A program made the translations under genes and the position numbers. The notes below the pieces were generated by a model. The model did not search any database and had not been told where the DNA came from. It saw only the letters and a program-made list of their open reading frames with translations. DNA of 33,254 nucleotides from a virus (Duplodnaviria > Caudoviricetes), in IMG/VR virus record IMGVR_UViG_3300020044_001617, positions 1 through 33,254 of that record; one strand, 5' to 3'. This document shows, one piece after another, positions 1 to 7,894 of the stretch (the first letter of the stretch is position 1; every line of letters begins with the position of its first letter).

Positions 1-249
1 ATCATCAAGAATCCCAAGACTATCAGCGTTCCTGACAATGTGAGTGCATTGGTCATGATGTTGTTCGAGGCAATCGACAAGTTAGATACTCAGGATACCC
101 TGAACAAGTACATGGACTTTGTGAATCGTATTCCCCAAGAAGAAATCCAATCGATCTTTTTCACCATGATGATGCGAGCCAAGCCCAAGTTGGCGCGATA
201 CAACCAAGAGATCAACAAGTGGGCAACTGACAATCACCAACTTCTGTGA
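1..249 (+). CDS. C-terminal fragment of a probable MoxR-like AAA+ ATPase (5' truncated by the window edge)
   Basis: Frame 1 is open from base 1 (IIKNPKTISVPDNVSALVMM...WATDNHQLL). The assignment rests on position upstream of a DUF2201 zincin-VWA gene, the usual AAA partner, and on the helical C-terminus. No Walker motifs lie within the window. Confidence 0.5.
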   Translation: MIKNPKTISVPDNVSALVMMLFEAIDKLDTQDTLNKYMDFVNRIPQEEIQSIFFTMMMRAKPKLARYNQEINKWATDNHQLL

Positions 250-260
250 GGAGATATTAA

Positions 261-482
261 ATGGCGTTGTATCGAATATTGGTAGATATATCAATGAGAG
301 ACCTACTCATTGAGGCAGATAGTGAGGAACATGCGATGGAGAGAATACGCAAAGAATACATTTACCCACTTTGGCACGAACATCCGTTTGGTGGGAGACC
401 AAGCAAGTGGGGTATGCGAATAAGAGAACCTTGGAAGAAACAACTGGAGAAGAAAGATGCTAACCAAGTGGGAAAAGTTTGA
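261..482 (+). CDS. Hypothetical phage protein (73 aa)
   Basis: ATG preceded by GAGGAG at ~248-253; co-oriented in the operon. Confidence 0.65.
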   Translation: MALYRILVDISMRDLLIEADSEEHAMERIRKEYIYPLWHEHPFGGRPSKWGMRIREPWKKQLEKKDANQVGKV

Positions 483-546
483 GCGAGTGCTACTGCTGTT
501 GGCATTCATCGTTTTACTGTTAGACGTTTATTACTGGAGACCATAA
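457..546 (+). CDS. Small putative single-pass membrane protein (29 aa, MLTKWEKFERVLLLLAFIVLLLDVYYWRP)
   Basis: Not in the ORF track. GGAG at 446-449 precedes ATG 457, there is a hydrophobic run, and its TAA overlaps the next ATG (TAATG at 544-548). Confidence 0.6.
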   Translation: MLTKWEKFERVLLLLAFIVLLLDVYYWRP

Positions 547-1748
547 TGATTACTGAAGAGCAACGAATCAAGAAGGGGCATATCGCCCTGATGAAACACC
601 CCGAGACCGCATTGTGGGGTGGCGTGATGATGATGGGTTCGACTGAGGTGGTGGATGAAGCAATCACCGCCTACACGGATGGCATCAACAAGAAGTATGG
701 CAGAACATTCTTACAGACTATCTGTCCAACACAAGCCGAGGTCAATGGACTCATCTTGCATGAGAACTTGCACATTGGATTGCGACACCATCTGCACGGA
801 GCAGACATGTTCAAGGAGGATGGTGAGAAGGCTAACAAGGCGGCTGACTATGTGGTCAATGACATGATCACGGAGATCAGCAAGAAGTATCCCGAGTTAG
901 TTCAACTACCCAAGGGTGGACTGTATGACCCGCAGTATCACAACATGAGCATGCGTGAGATATACAAATTACTCAAGAGCAAGAAGGGTGGTGGCGGAGG
1001 TGGTGGTAAGCCTGACAAGGAAGGCGAGAAGGGTAGTGGTTCAGGGGGTGGTGAATACGAATTCGATAAGCATGACTTTGGCAAACCTATGACCCAAGAG
1101 GAAGCCAAGGAAATGGATGGCAAGATCGATAGAGCAATACGAGAAGGCGCACTCCTAGCAGGTCGTCTAGGAATTGATCTGCCCCGATCTGTCACCGACT
1201 TGCTCAACCCTGTCATCGACTGGAAGAAAGAGTTGGCTGACTTTGTAACATCATCATGCAAAGGCAAGGATGAATATACATGGCGCAAGTTCAATAGGCG
1301 ACTCATCTCCAACGATATCTATCTACCAACAGTAGAGAATGAAACTATTGGTGAAGTGGTGGTGGCGATAGATACTTCAGGTTCGATTGGACAACAACAA
1401 CTTAATGAGTTCGCCTCAGAACTGGTCTCTATCTGTGATGCAGTCTCGCCTGATGCGGTGCGCGTTTTGTGGTGGGACACCAAGGTACATGGTGAACAAC
1501 TCTTTACGGATAACTATGACCAAATCGGTTCGATGTTGAAGCCTTTGGGTGGCGGGGGAACTAGAGTTTCATCTGTGGCTGAATACATAAACAAGAAGAA
1601 GATCAACGCTGAATGCGTATTGGTGTTCACCGATGGTTTTCTTGAGAGCGATGTGGTGTGGGATATATCTGCACCAACTTTGTGGATGGTTACGGAGAAC
1701 AGAAATTGGACTCCTCCATCAGGTAAAAAAGTATTTATGGAGAATTGA
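546..1748 (+). CDS. DUF2201-type protein: N-terminal zincin metallopeptidase plus C-terminal VWA-like domain
   Basis: TAYTDG and HENLH (HExxH, 759-773), N.AAD..VN, a Gly-rich linker, then the MIDAS motif DTSGS (1371-1385), GGGGT and VFTDG. Confidence 0.88.
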   Translation: MITEEQRIKKGHIALMKHPETALWGGVMMMGSTEVVDEAITAYTDGINKKYGRTFLQTICPTQAEVNGLILHENLHIGLRHHLHGADMFKEDGEKANKAADYVVNDMITEISKKYPELVQLPKGGLYDPQYHNMSMREIYKLLKSKKGGGGGGGKPDKEGEKGSGSGGGEYEFDKHDFGKPMTQEEAKEMDGKIDRAIREGALLAGRLGIDLPRSVTDLLNPVIDWKKELADFVTSSCKGKDEYTWRKFNRRLISNDIYLPTVENETIGEVVVAIDTSGSIGQQQLNEFASELVSICDAVSPDAVRVLWWDTKVHGEQLFTDNYDQIGSMLKPLGGGGTRVSSVAEYINKKKINAECVLVFTDGFLESDVVWDISAPTLWMVTENRNWTPPSGKKVFMEN

Positions 1749-1750
1749 TC

Positions 1751-2707
1751 ATGGCATTCTACGATATACAAAATGTTAGTTATGACGCACTCATTGAGTA
1801 TGCAAAGACGGCAAAGCCATACAGGGACTCAAATGGTGCGTTCAACTTAGGCGCAAGGCGATACTCTGACAGGCACTTCAGACTCAGGGGTGATCTCATT
1901 GATGTGTACTATACCCATCCCAACAGTTCTAGGAAAATTGTAGAGAAGGACAAGTCTTTGGACTCATGGTTCCATAGGAGGCACTTGATGACGATACATC
2001 CTGACAACTCATTCGAGGTAGTTAACTTTTCAGGGCAAGGTGACTGTATGTTTATGTCACAAGCAACGCGAGGTTACATCCATCAGGATGGTGGGCGTAA
2101 GGGTGTAGTGTATTACACCAATACAAAGATGCATCCGATCTTCAAAGGTTTGCGCATTGACTTGAAGACAGGAGATGCAGTCACGCCATATAAGTTTTAT
2201 AAGCGAGACATTGACAAGAAGAAAGCCAACGAGTTACTCAAAGAGTACAAAGACTTTCAAGATGTAGCGATGAAGTTCATTGAGCCAATGACATCGATGG
2301 GCATACTGGAGGTGTTCAAAGACTTGTATGACCAAGAGGGCGACCTTGACTGTCTCGATGAGGGATTGTTTGTTCAGTTGGTACGAGAGAAGAAGTTTGT
2401 TGATGCCGCAATCGTGTTCTCTATCGCGGGTTATGGTCATCACTATTACAGTCATCGTCACATGTTGAATACTATATTCACATCCGATGATACTGAGAAC
2501 GCAATGCGACAGATCACAAGATCATTTGACGAGCATTACAAACTCACTCTAGCTAGAAGAATCAAGGAGGACATAAGAGATATCGTTCTGATAGGTTGTG
2601 ACGATGCCGCAATCTTAAAAGAGTTACCTATTGGTGAGAAGTTCCCAACATCCAAATGGGGATATAGCATCACCGATGAGAACAACAGTAGATTCATTCG
2701 TATTTAA
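1751..2707 (+). CDS. Hypothetical phage protein (~318 aa)
   Basis: Long ORF directly after the VWA gene. GGAGA about 7 nt upstream favours ATG 1751 over TTG 1745. No motif recognised. Confidence 0.75.
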   Translation: MAFYDIQNVSYDALIEYAKTAKPYRDSNGAFNLGARRYSDRHFRLRGDLIDVYYTHPNSSRKIVEKDKSLDSWFHRRHLMTIHPDNSFEVVNFSGQGDCMFMSQATRGYIHQDGGRKGVVYYTNTKMHPIFKGLRIDLKTGDAVTPYKFYKRDIDKKKANELLKEYKDFQDVAMKFIEPMTSMGILEVFKDLYDQEGDLDCLDEGLFVQLVREKKFVDAAIVFSIAGYGHHYYSHRHMLNTIFTSDDTENAMRQITRSFDEHYKLTLARRIKEDIRDIVLIGCDDAAILKELPIGEKFPTSKWGYSITDENNSRFIRI

Positions 2708-2723
2708 CTAGGAGAAAGTAATC

Positions 2724-3653
2724 ATGGAAATAGTATCTGTATATGGCGACCCCGCGAAAGCCCATAGACTTCTGTCTAATAGCACACACCTGACAAAGTT
2801 TGCGCAAGAGTTCTGCCATGAATTCAACACGCGAGTTAGTTTTGATGGGGATAACTTTCAAAATAGAGGTATCACGCTTGAGATGCCCAACGGCATGAGG
2901 ATTGGCGAACTGAGCGTGAATACAAGTAATGGCAAGCCTGTCTATGTTGCCGACATGCCAAGCATCATCAGCAAAGATAGGTCTAGCAAATGGTCAGGTA
3001 ATGGTGCAAGGGACTCTGAAAAGCTACCCAATCTGATTCGCACTATCAAGAAGAACAAAGAACAACCCACGGAAGCCAAGGCGATGGAGATGTTCAATAG
3101 TGCTATCTATCATGCAATAGCTGAGATAACAAACGAAAGAGAACCGCACATTGGTATTAGTGGGACTCAGGCATTAGACGCACTCAAGGCTTTGTTGGGT
3201 ATTGATGATATGTCTGTACATCAGCACATCCCTGACTATCAGAAAATATATGATAACTACATGAAAGCTTCTGAATCTGTCAAAGGCAGTCAAGCAACGG
3301 CAGATCGTTTCAAGAAGGGATGTACTATGATATTCATAGAGAATGACAGATACAGAAGCGACTCTGTAAGGGGTTACTATGTGGCAGACTTTGTGACCGC
3401 AATGAATCCGAGTACTAACAAGCTTGGGTATGAGTTTCAGTCACCCCTGACACGGTATGCTAGCCTGAAAGAAACTGAGCATGCACCGACTGTCGCAATG
3501 ATTCGCTCATACATGGAAAGTCAGAATAGATATTTTGACAAAGACAATGAGATAGGTGTTAAATACACAGATCATTACTTTGAAGACATGGACTTCTCGG
3601 TGGGACATTCAAACAATAAACTTATTGTACTGTTACCCAAGCATGCTCCATGA
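2724..3653 (+). CDS. Hypothetical phage protein (309 aa)
   Basis: Long ORF with an AGGAG RBS at 2710-2714. Confidence 0.8.
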   Translation: MEIVSVYGDPAKAHRLLSNSTHLTKFAQEFCHEFNTRVSFDGDNFQNRGITLEMPNGMRIGELSVNTSNGKPVYVADMPSIISKDRSSKWSGNGARDSEKLPNLIRTIKKNKEQPTEAKAMEMFNSAIYHAIAEITNEREPHIGISGTQALDALKALLGIDDMSVHQHIPDYQKIYDNYMKASESVKGSQATADRFKKGCTMIFIENDRYRSDSVRGYYVADFVTAMNPSTNKLGYEFQSPLTRYASLKETEHAPTVAMIRSYMESQNRYFDKDNEIGVKYTDHYFEDMDFSVGHSNNKLIVLLPKHAP

Positions 3654-3993
3654 TATCAACAGCGAACTAACACCTGTCGCTCATAGAAATCTTAATGGAA
3701 GCAGTAGGGTAGCTATGTGGGTCAGAGACAATGAATACGCAGTCGTGGTAGCAAAGAACCATGTAAGAATATTCGATGAGAATACCTTGCCTGATCAGAT
3801 CAAAGCTTTAATATCAATGATTCACGCATTCCCTCCTAATATACTGGAGGAGTGGGAGTCTGATAACACGACTGTATATATCAATCATCAAGACCTGAGA
3901 CTAGACGATATAGGCTGGCAAGTAACCAAGAACCTATACATACTTGTCTTGGACAATCAATTTGTCAAGAGTCTATATGGACATAAGGAGTAA
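3643..3993 (+). CDS. Hypothetical phage protein (116 aa)
   Basis: ATG 3643 overlaps the end of the previous gene by 11 nt and is more plausible than the track start at 3556. Confidence 0.7.
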   Translation: MLHDINSELTPVAHRNLNGSSRVAMWVRDNEYAVVVAKNHVRIFDENTLPDQIKALISMIHAFPPNILEEWESDNTTVYINHQDLRLDDIGWQVTKNLYILVLDNQFVKSLYGHKE

Positions 3994-3998
3994 CTGAT

Positions 3999-4295
3999 AT
4001 GGCTGATACACCCGAGAAGAAGGTAAAGAAGAAGGTAATTGAAAAGCTGAAGGATATGGGCGCATACCACGCTATGCCTGTCGCCTCGGGGTTTGGTCAT
4101 TCAGGCATCCCTGACATTCTATGTTGTTACAAGGGACACTTTGTAGGCATCGAGTGCAAAGCCAATGGTGGTAAGCCAACGGCTTTGCAACTTCACAATT
4201 TAAATTCTATCGAGATAGCGGGAGGCTTAGCATTGATCATCGATGAGAACAACGTACATCATCTACAACTTTTAATGGATGGATTTATCAAATGA
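3999..4295 (+). CDS. VRR-NUC domain nuclease (Holliday junction resolvase-like)
   Basis: TPEKKVK..., GIPDIL, FVGIECKA, KPTALQ, AGG motif series; AAGGAG RBS. Confidence 0.9.
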   Translation: MADTPEKKVKKKVIEKLKDMGAYHAMPVASGFGHSGIPDILCCYKGHFVGIECKANGGKPTALQLHNLNSIEIAGGLALIIDENNVHHLQLLMDGFIK

Positions 4296-4459
4296 ACACG
4301 AACAAGAAACTGGTCTCTATACCCGCACAGAAACTACAAAAGCCTGTGCGCCCAAGCTTGCTAGACCCAAGATTTATTTACATTCCCGCAAATTTAACCA
4401 ATGTACAAGATACATGGCGTAAGTTTGGATGGATACCCCCAAGTGAGAAACGTCAATGA
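4292..4459 (+). CDS. Small hypothetical phage protein (55 aa, ...FIYIPANLTNVQDTWRKFGWIPPSEKRQ)
   Basis: Not in the ORF track. ATGA overlaps at both ends (4292-4295 and 4456-4459) and it fills the gap exactly. Confidence 0.75.
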   Translation: MNTNKKLVSIPAQKLQKPVRPSLLDPRFIYIPANLTNVQDTWRKFGWIPPSEKRQ

Positions 4460-4638
4460 AAGCCGTACTTGAATTTGAATACCCTGAAGATGAGCAGAAA
4501 CTTCAACATGCAATGCGAGCAACAGAATACTACGATGCCCTATGCGAAATAGACAATGTACTAGCGATGCCTTACACGAAGGCGGAAGCCTACACGAAGA
4601 TCAGGAAGATCGTACTGGACACATTGGGGGAGGCGTGA
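4456..4638 (+). CDS. Small hypothetical phage protein (60 aa, MKAVLEFEYPED...)
   Basis: ATGA coupling upstream and GTGA coupling downstream. Confidence 0.75.
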   Translation: MKAVLEFEYPEDEQKLQHAMRATEYYDALCEIDNVLAMPYTKAEAYTKIRKIVLDTLGEA

Positions 4639-4730
4639 CATGGCCTTTCCCTCCATTCCCAAATCCAAAAGACAAGGGAATCAAACAACCCAAATTCAAC
4701 CCCGATAACTATGAGGATGCACCTGTATGA
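4635..4730 (+). CDS. Very small Pro-rich hypothetical protein (31 aa, MTWPFPPFPNP...)
   Basis: GTG start overlaps the upstream TGA (GTGA), a G-rich RBS lies upstream, and the stop overlaps the next ATG (ATGA). Confidence 0.6.
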   Translation: MTWPFPPFPNPKDKGIKQPKFNPDNYEDAPV

Positions 4731-4951
4731 ATGATTGTCCAAACTGTGAGTACCACAGACAACGAGCGCAACGATGGCGTGAGGAAGCCTACAAACAATC
4801 AGGGCATCCCTTGCCCGAGCGTGAATGGGTTGAACTGACTATGGATGATTTCACAGACATCCTTAAATTAGCAAGTGAAGGCCGCCCGTTAGAGATATGG
4901 GAGTTATTCAAAGCAGTAGAAAACAAAGTTAAGGAGAAAAATTATGGATGA
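4727..4951 (+). CDS. Small hypothetical protein with N-terminal CxxC (74 aa)
   Basis: MNDCPNC...REWVELT; GAGGA RBS; coupled to its neighbours. Confidence 0.7.
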   Translation: MNDCPNCEYHRQRAQRWREEAYKQSGHPLPEREWVELTMDDFTDILKLASEGRPLEIWELFKAVENKVKEKNYG

Positions 4952-5135
4952 CGATGATGTTCAAGAATATGAATCAGGATGGCGTAAGAGACAAATAAGC
5001 GATAGAGAGGCTACCAATGTACGCAACGCCACACTAGAAGAAGTCGCGCAAGCGTTCGACAAGATGCCGTTTGGAGATACCTCTGCATCATTCGCTATTT
5101 TTGTACGAGGGATGAAGAATGAATGGTTTCGTTAA
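4944..5135 (+). CDS. Small hypothetical phage protein (63 aa)
   Basis: AAGGAG RBS at ~4931-4936; overlaps its neighbours. Confidence 0.7.
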   Translation: MDDDDVQEYESGWRKRQISDREATNVRNATLEEVAQAFDKMPFGDTSASFAIFVRGMKNEWFR

Positions 5136-5310
5136 ACAACAATTAGATATAGGCAGTAAGCAACCATTACACGGCTACAAGCTATGCGGTAAGTGCGAAG
5201 TAGCGAAGCCCCCTGAAGGTGGCATACACATGTCGCCATCCAAGTGGGTGTGTGCTATGTGTTGGACTAACCGAACAACATCAAGGAACCTGAAACATGC
5301 CAAGACCTAA
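5119..5310 (+). CDS. Small putative zinc-ribbon protein (63 aa)
   Basis: CGKC...CAMC (two CxxC pairs); GAGG RBS. Confidence 0.65.
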   Translation: MNGFVKQQLDIGSKQPLHGYKLCGKCEVAKPPEGGIHMSPSKWVCAMCWTNRTTSRNLKHAKT

Positions 5311-5491
5311 ACCGCCCGAGCCACTCATAGGCAGACAGATACGAATGTCAGATAGACAGTTCATGATTCTTAATCACCTTGGCGGTGCTGAATGGTTAAG
5401 AAAGTTATTAGATAAGAAAGACCCATTCCCTAAACAATATTATGAAAGGACAAAAATATTTTCAGAAAAACACTTGACAAATAAAAATTAA
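5297..5491 (+). CDS. Small putative ribbon-helix-helix DNA-binding protein (64 aa)
   Basis: MPRPK basic arm, alternating strand RQIRMSD, then helix-GG-helix (LGGAEWLRKLL); AAGGA RBS. The fold is inferred. Confidence 0.55.
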   Translation: MPRPKPPEPLIGRQIRMSDRQFMILNHLGGAEWLRKLLDKKDPFPKQYYERTKIFSEKHLTNKN

Positions 5492-5501
5492 ACCTTACTA
5501 T
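5474..5501 (+). promoter_or_regulatory. Sigma70-type promoter for the DUF3310-polA operon
   Basis: Perfect TTGACA (5474-5479), 16-nt spacer, TACTAT (5496-5501); upstream A-tract. Confidence 0.7.
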
Positions 5502-5533
5502 ACCAATCCCTAACCTTAATTAAGAAAGTCTAT

Positions 5534-6019
5534 ATGACAAAACGCAAACTCACTCTCACCGAAAAAGCACGTCGTTACTACGAGAAGTTCCCTGATGCTA
5601 AACATGCCGAGGTCGCCTCTGCAACAGGCATTGATATCAAACACTTGTACGTCATCAAGAACAAGCTTAAAGCAACTGGGCGCTTACCAACTACCCCGGC
5701 GGTTCCCTTAACCACCTTCACCACGGATAAAAGTTTTAAGGCATTGTTGGAAGAGGTTCGCATTAAACCTATCAATAAGATTCGCATGGAAGCCCCCGAG
5801 CGTATGACAGTTTCAGCTACCCCTGATCTTGTAAATCAACCGCCTCACTACACGGCAGGTGGCATCGAGACCATCGACTTCATTGAAGCGAAGAAGCTGA
5901 ACTACAACCTTGGCAATGTGATTAAGTATCTTACGAGAGCCGACTACAAAGGTAACAAGCTAGAAGACTTACGCAAAGCGCAATGGTATCTGACACGCGA
6001 AATCAACTCTACTAAGTAA
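5534..6019 (+). CDS. N-terminal HTH-like region fused to a DUF3310 (SaV / T7 gp1.7-like) domain
   Basis: The C-terminus DLVNQPPHYTAGGIETIDFIE...GNVIKYLTRADYKG..LEDLRKAQWYL is the DUF3310 signature. The N-terminus HAEVASATGIDIKHLYVIK is HTH-like. Confidence 0.85.
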   Translation: MTKRKLTLTEKARRYYEKFPDAKHAEVASATGIDIKHLYVIKNKLKATGRLPTTPAVPLTTFTTDKSFKALLEEVRIKPINKIRMEAPERMTVSATPDLVNQPPHYTAGGIETIDFIEAKKLNYNLGNVIKYLTRADYKGNKLEDLRKAQWYLTREINSTK

Positions 6020-6022
6020 TCA

Positions 6023-7894
6023 ATGAGCCTTATCACCATTGACTTTGAGACTTACTACACTAGCAAAGACTTAGGCTTCAGAACTCAGACCACGGAGGAG
6101 TACATCAGAGACTCGCGGTTTGAAGTTATTGGGGTTGCAGTACAGGTTGACGCTGGTGAGCCAGTATGGTTCTCGGGAGACCGCGAAGCAACACGCAAGT
6201 GGCTGAAGCAATTCGACTGGAAGAATAGCATGATGCTTGCCCACAACACGTTGTTTGATGGCGCGATCTTGAAGTGGCACTTTGGTATCACTCCAATGGT
6301 TTACTTAGACACGCTATGTATGGCGAGAGCTATACATGGTGTGGAGGTCGGTGGTTCTCTGGCCAAGCTCGCACTCCGATATGGAATAGGTGAGAAAGGT
6401 ACAGAAGTAACTGCCGCTATCGACAAAACACGTTCGGACTTTACTCCCGAGGACTTAGCGCAATACGGAGAGTATTGCCGTAACGATGTCACGTTGACCT
6501 ACCAACTGTTCAATAATATGTCTAAGGGTTTCCCGATGGAGGAACTCAAACTAATAGACATGACCTTGCGCATGTTCACCCATCCAATGCTTTATGTGGA
6601 TGAAGAAACACTTCAGCAACGCCTTGATGATCTACGCAAAGAGCAGAGCGATCTACTCTCATCGCTGATGGAGAAGCTTGAATGCACGACTGAGGAGGAA
6701 GTGCGTAAGCAACTCTCTAGCAATCAGAAGTTTGCCAAGGTGCTAGAAGGATTTGGCGTGACTGTGCCACTCAAGAACAGTCCTACAACTGGAAAAGAAG
6801 TACCCGCACTCGCCAAGAAAGATGAGGGCTTCATTGCGTTAACTGAGAATGAAGATACTTTTATCCAACACCTGTGCGCAGTACGTCTCGGCACGAAGTC
6901 AACCCTAGAAGAAAAACGCATCCAACGATTTATCGACATAGGCAAGCGCAACAGAGGAATGATTCCTGTCCCCCTGAAATACTATGGCGCACATACTGGC
7001 AGATGGTCGGGGTCAGACAAGATTAACTTTCAGAACTTGCCAAGCCGTGATGTAAAAAAGAAAGCCTTGAAGAAGGGAATCATCCCACCCGAGGGCTATC
7101 TAGTAATTAACTCTGACTCATCGCAGATCGAGGCTCGCGTGCTTGCGTGGCTTGCGGGTCAAGATGATGTGGTTAAACAATTCGCAGATGGCGAAGATGT
7201 GTACTCTGTGTTTGCATCCAGTATCTATGAGCGACCCATATCTAAGAAAGACCCAATTGAAAGGTTCGTGGGTAAGACTTGCATATTGGGATTGGGCTAC
7301 GGCACTGGAGCGTTGAAGTTACAACACACGCTATCAACCTCGCAGCCAGTCAGCGTTAAGCTTGATGAGGATGAGTGTAAGCGTATCGTGGGTGTGTACC
7401 GAGAGAAGAATGACAAGATCATTGACCTGTGGCATGAAGCTGATCAACTGCTTGAGGACATGATGAACAACAAGTTTGATAAGCCACTATCGTTCGGTCA
7501 GCATGGTTGTGTGTTCTACGACGCGGAAGGCATCATCTTGCCTAATAACTTGCGTATCCGATACCCAAACCTACGAAGAGCAGAGAAGGATGGGAAGTCT
7601 CAAATCGTCTATGACTCACGCAGGGGCGAGATATCTATTTGGGGTGGTGGAGTTGTAGAGAACATTGTTCAAGCGTTGGCGCGAATAATCGTGGGTACTC
7701 AAATGGTTGAGATCAATGATAAGTATCGCGTTGCATTAACTGTGCATGATGCCGCAGTCGTGGTTGTAGAAGAAGACAAGGTTGACATAGCCCTAGAGGT
7801 CATAACTGGTCTCATGTTCAAACCGCCAACATGGGCGAGTGGGCTACCTGTCGCATGTGAAGCAAAAGCGGGAGCAACTTATGGAGATTGTTAA
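6023..7894 (+). CDS. polA: Phage DNA polymerase, family A, with 3'-5' exonuclease domain
   Basis: ExoI IDFET, ExoII AHNTLFD, ExoIII YCRND; TGRWSG, NFQNLP, motif A DSSQIEAR, motif B RFVGKTCILGLGYG, ENIVQALAR, motif C TVHDA. Confidence 0.96.
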   Translation: MSLITIDFETYYTSKDLGFRTQTTEEYIRDSRFEVIGVAVQVDAGEPVWFSGDREATRKWLKQFDWKNSMMLAHNTLFDGAILKWHFGITPMVYLDTLCMARAIHGVEVGGSLAKLALRYGIGEKGTEVTAAIDKTRSDFTPEDLAQYGEYCRNDVTLTYQLFNNMSKGFPMEELKLIDMTLRMFTHPMLYVDEETLQQRLDDLRKEQSDLLSSLMEKLECTTEEEVRKQLSSNQKFAKVLEGFGVTVPLKNSPTTGKEVPALAKKDEGFIALTENEDTFIQHLCAVRLGTKSTLEEKRIQRFIDIGKRNRGMIPVPLKYYGAHTGRWSGSDKINFQNLPSRDVKKKALKKGIIPPEGYLVINSDSSQIEARVLAWLAGQDDVVKQFADGEDVYSVFASSIYERPISKKDPIERFVGKTCILGLGYGTGALKLQHTLSTSQPVSVKLDEDECKRIVGVYREKNDKIIDLWHEADQLLEDMMNNKFDKPLSFGQHGCVFYDAEGIILPNNLRIRYPNLRRAEKDGKSQIVYDSRRGEISIWGGGVVENIVQALARIIVGTQMVEINDKYRVALTVHDAAVVVVEEDKVDIALEVITGLMFKPPTWASGLPVACEAKAGATYGDC

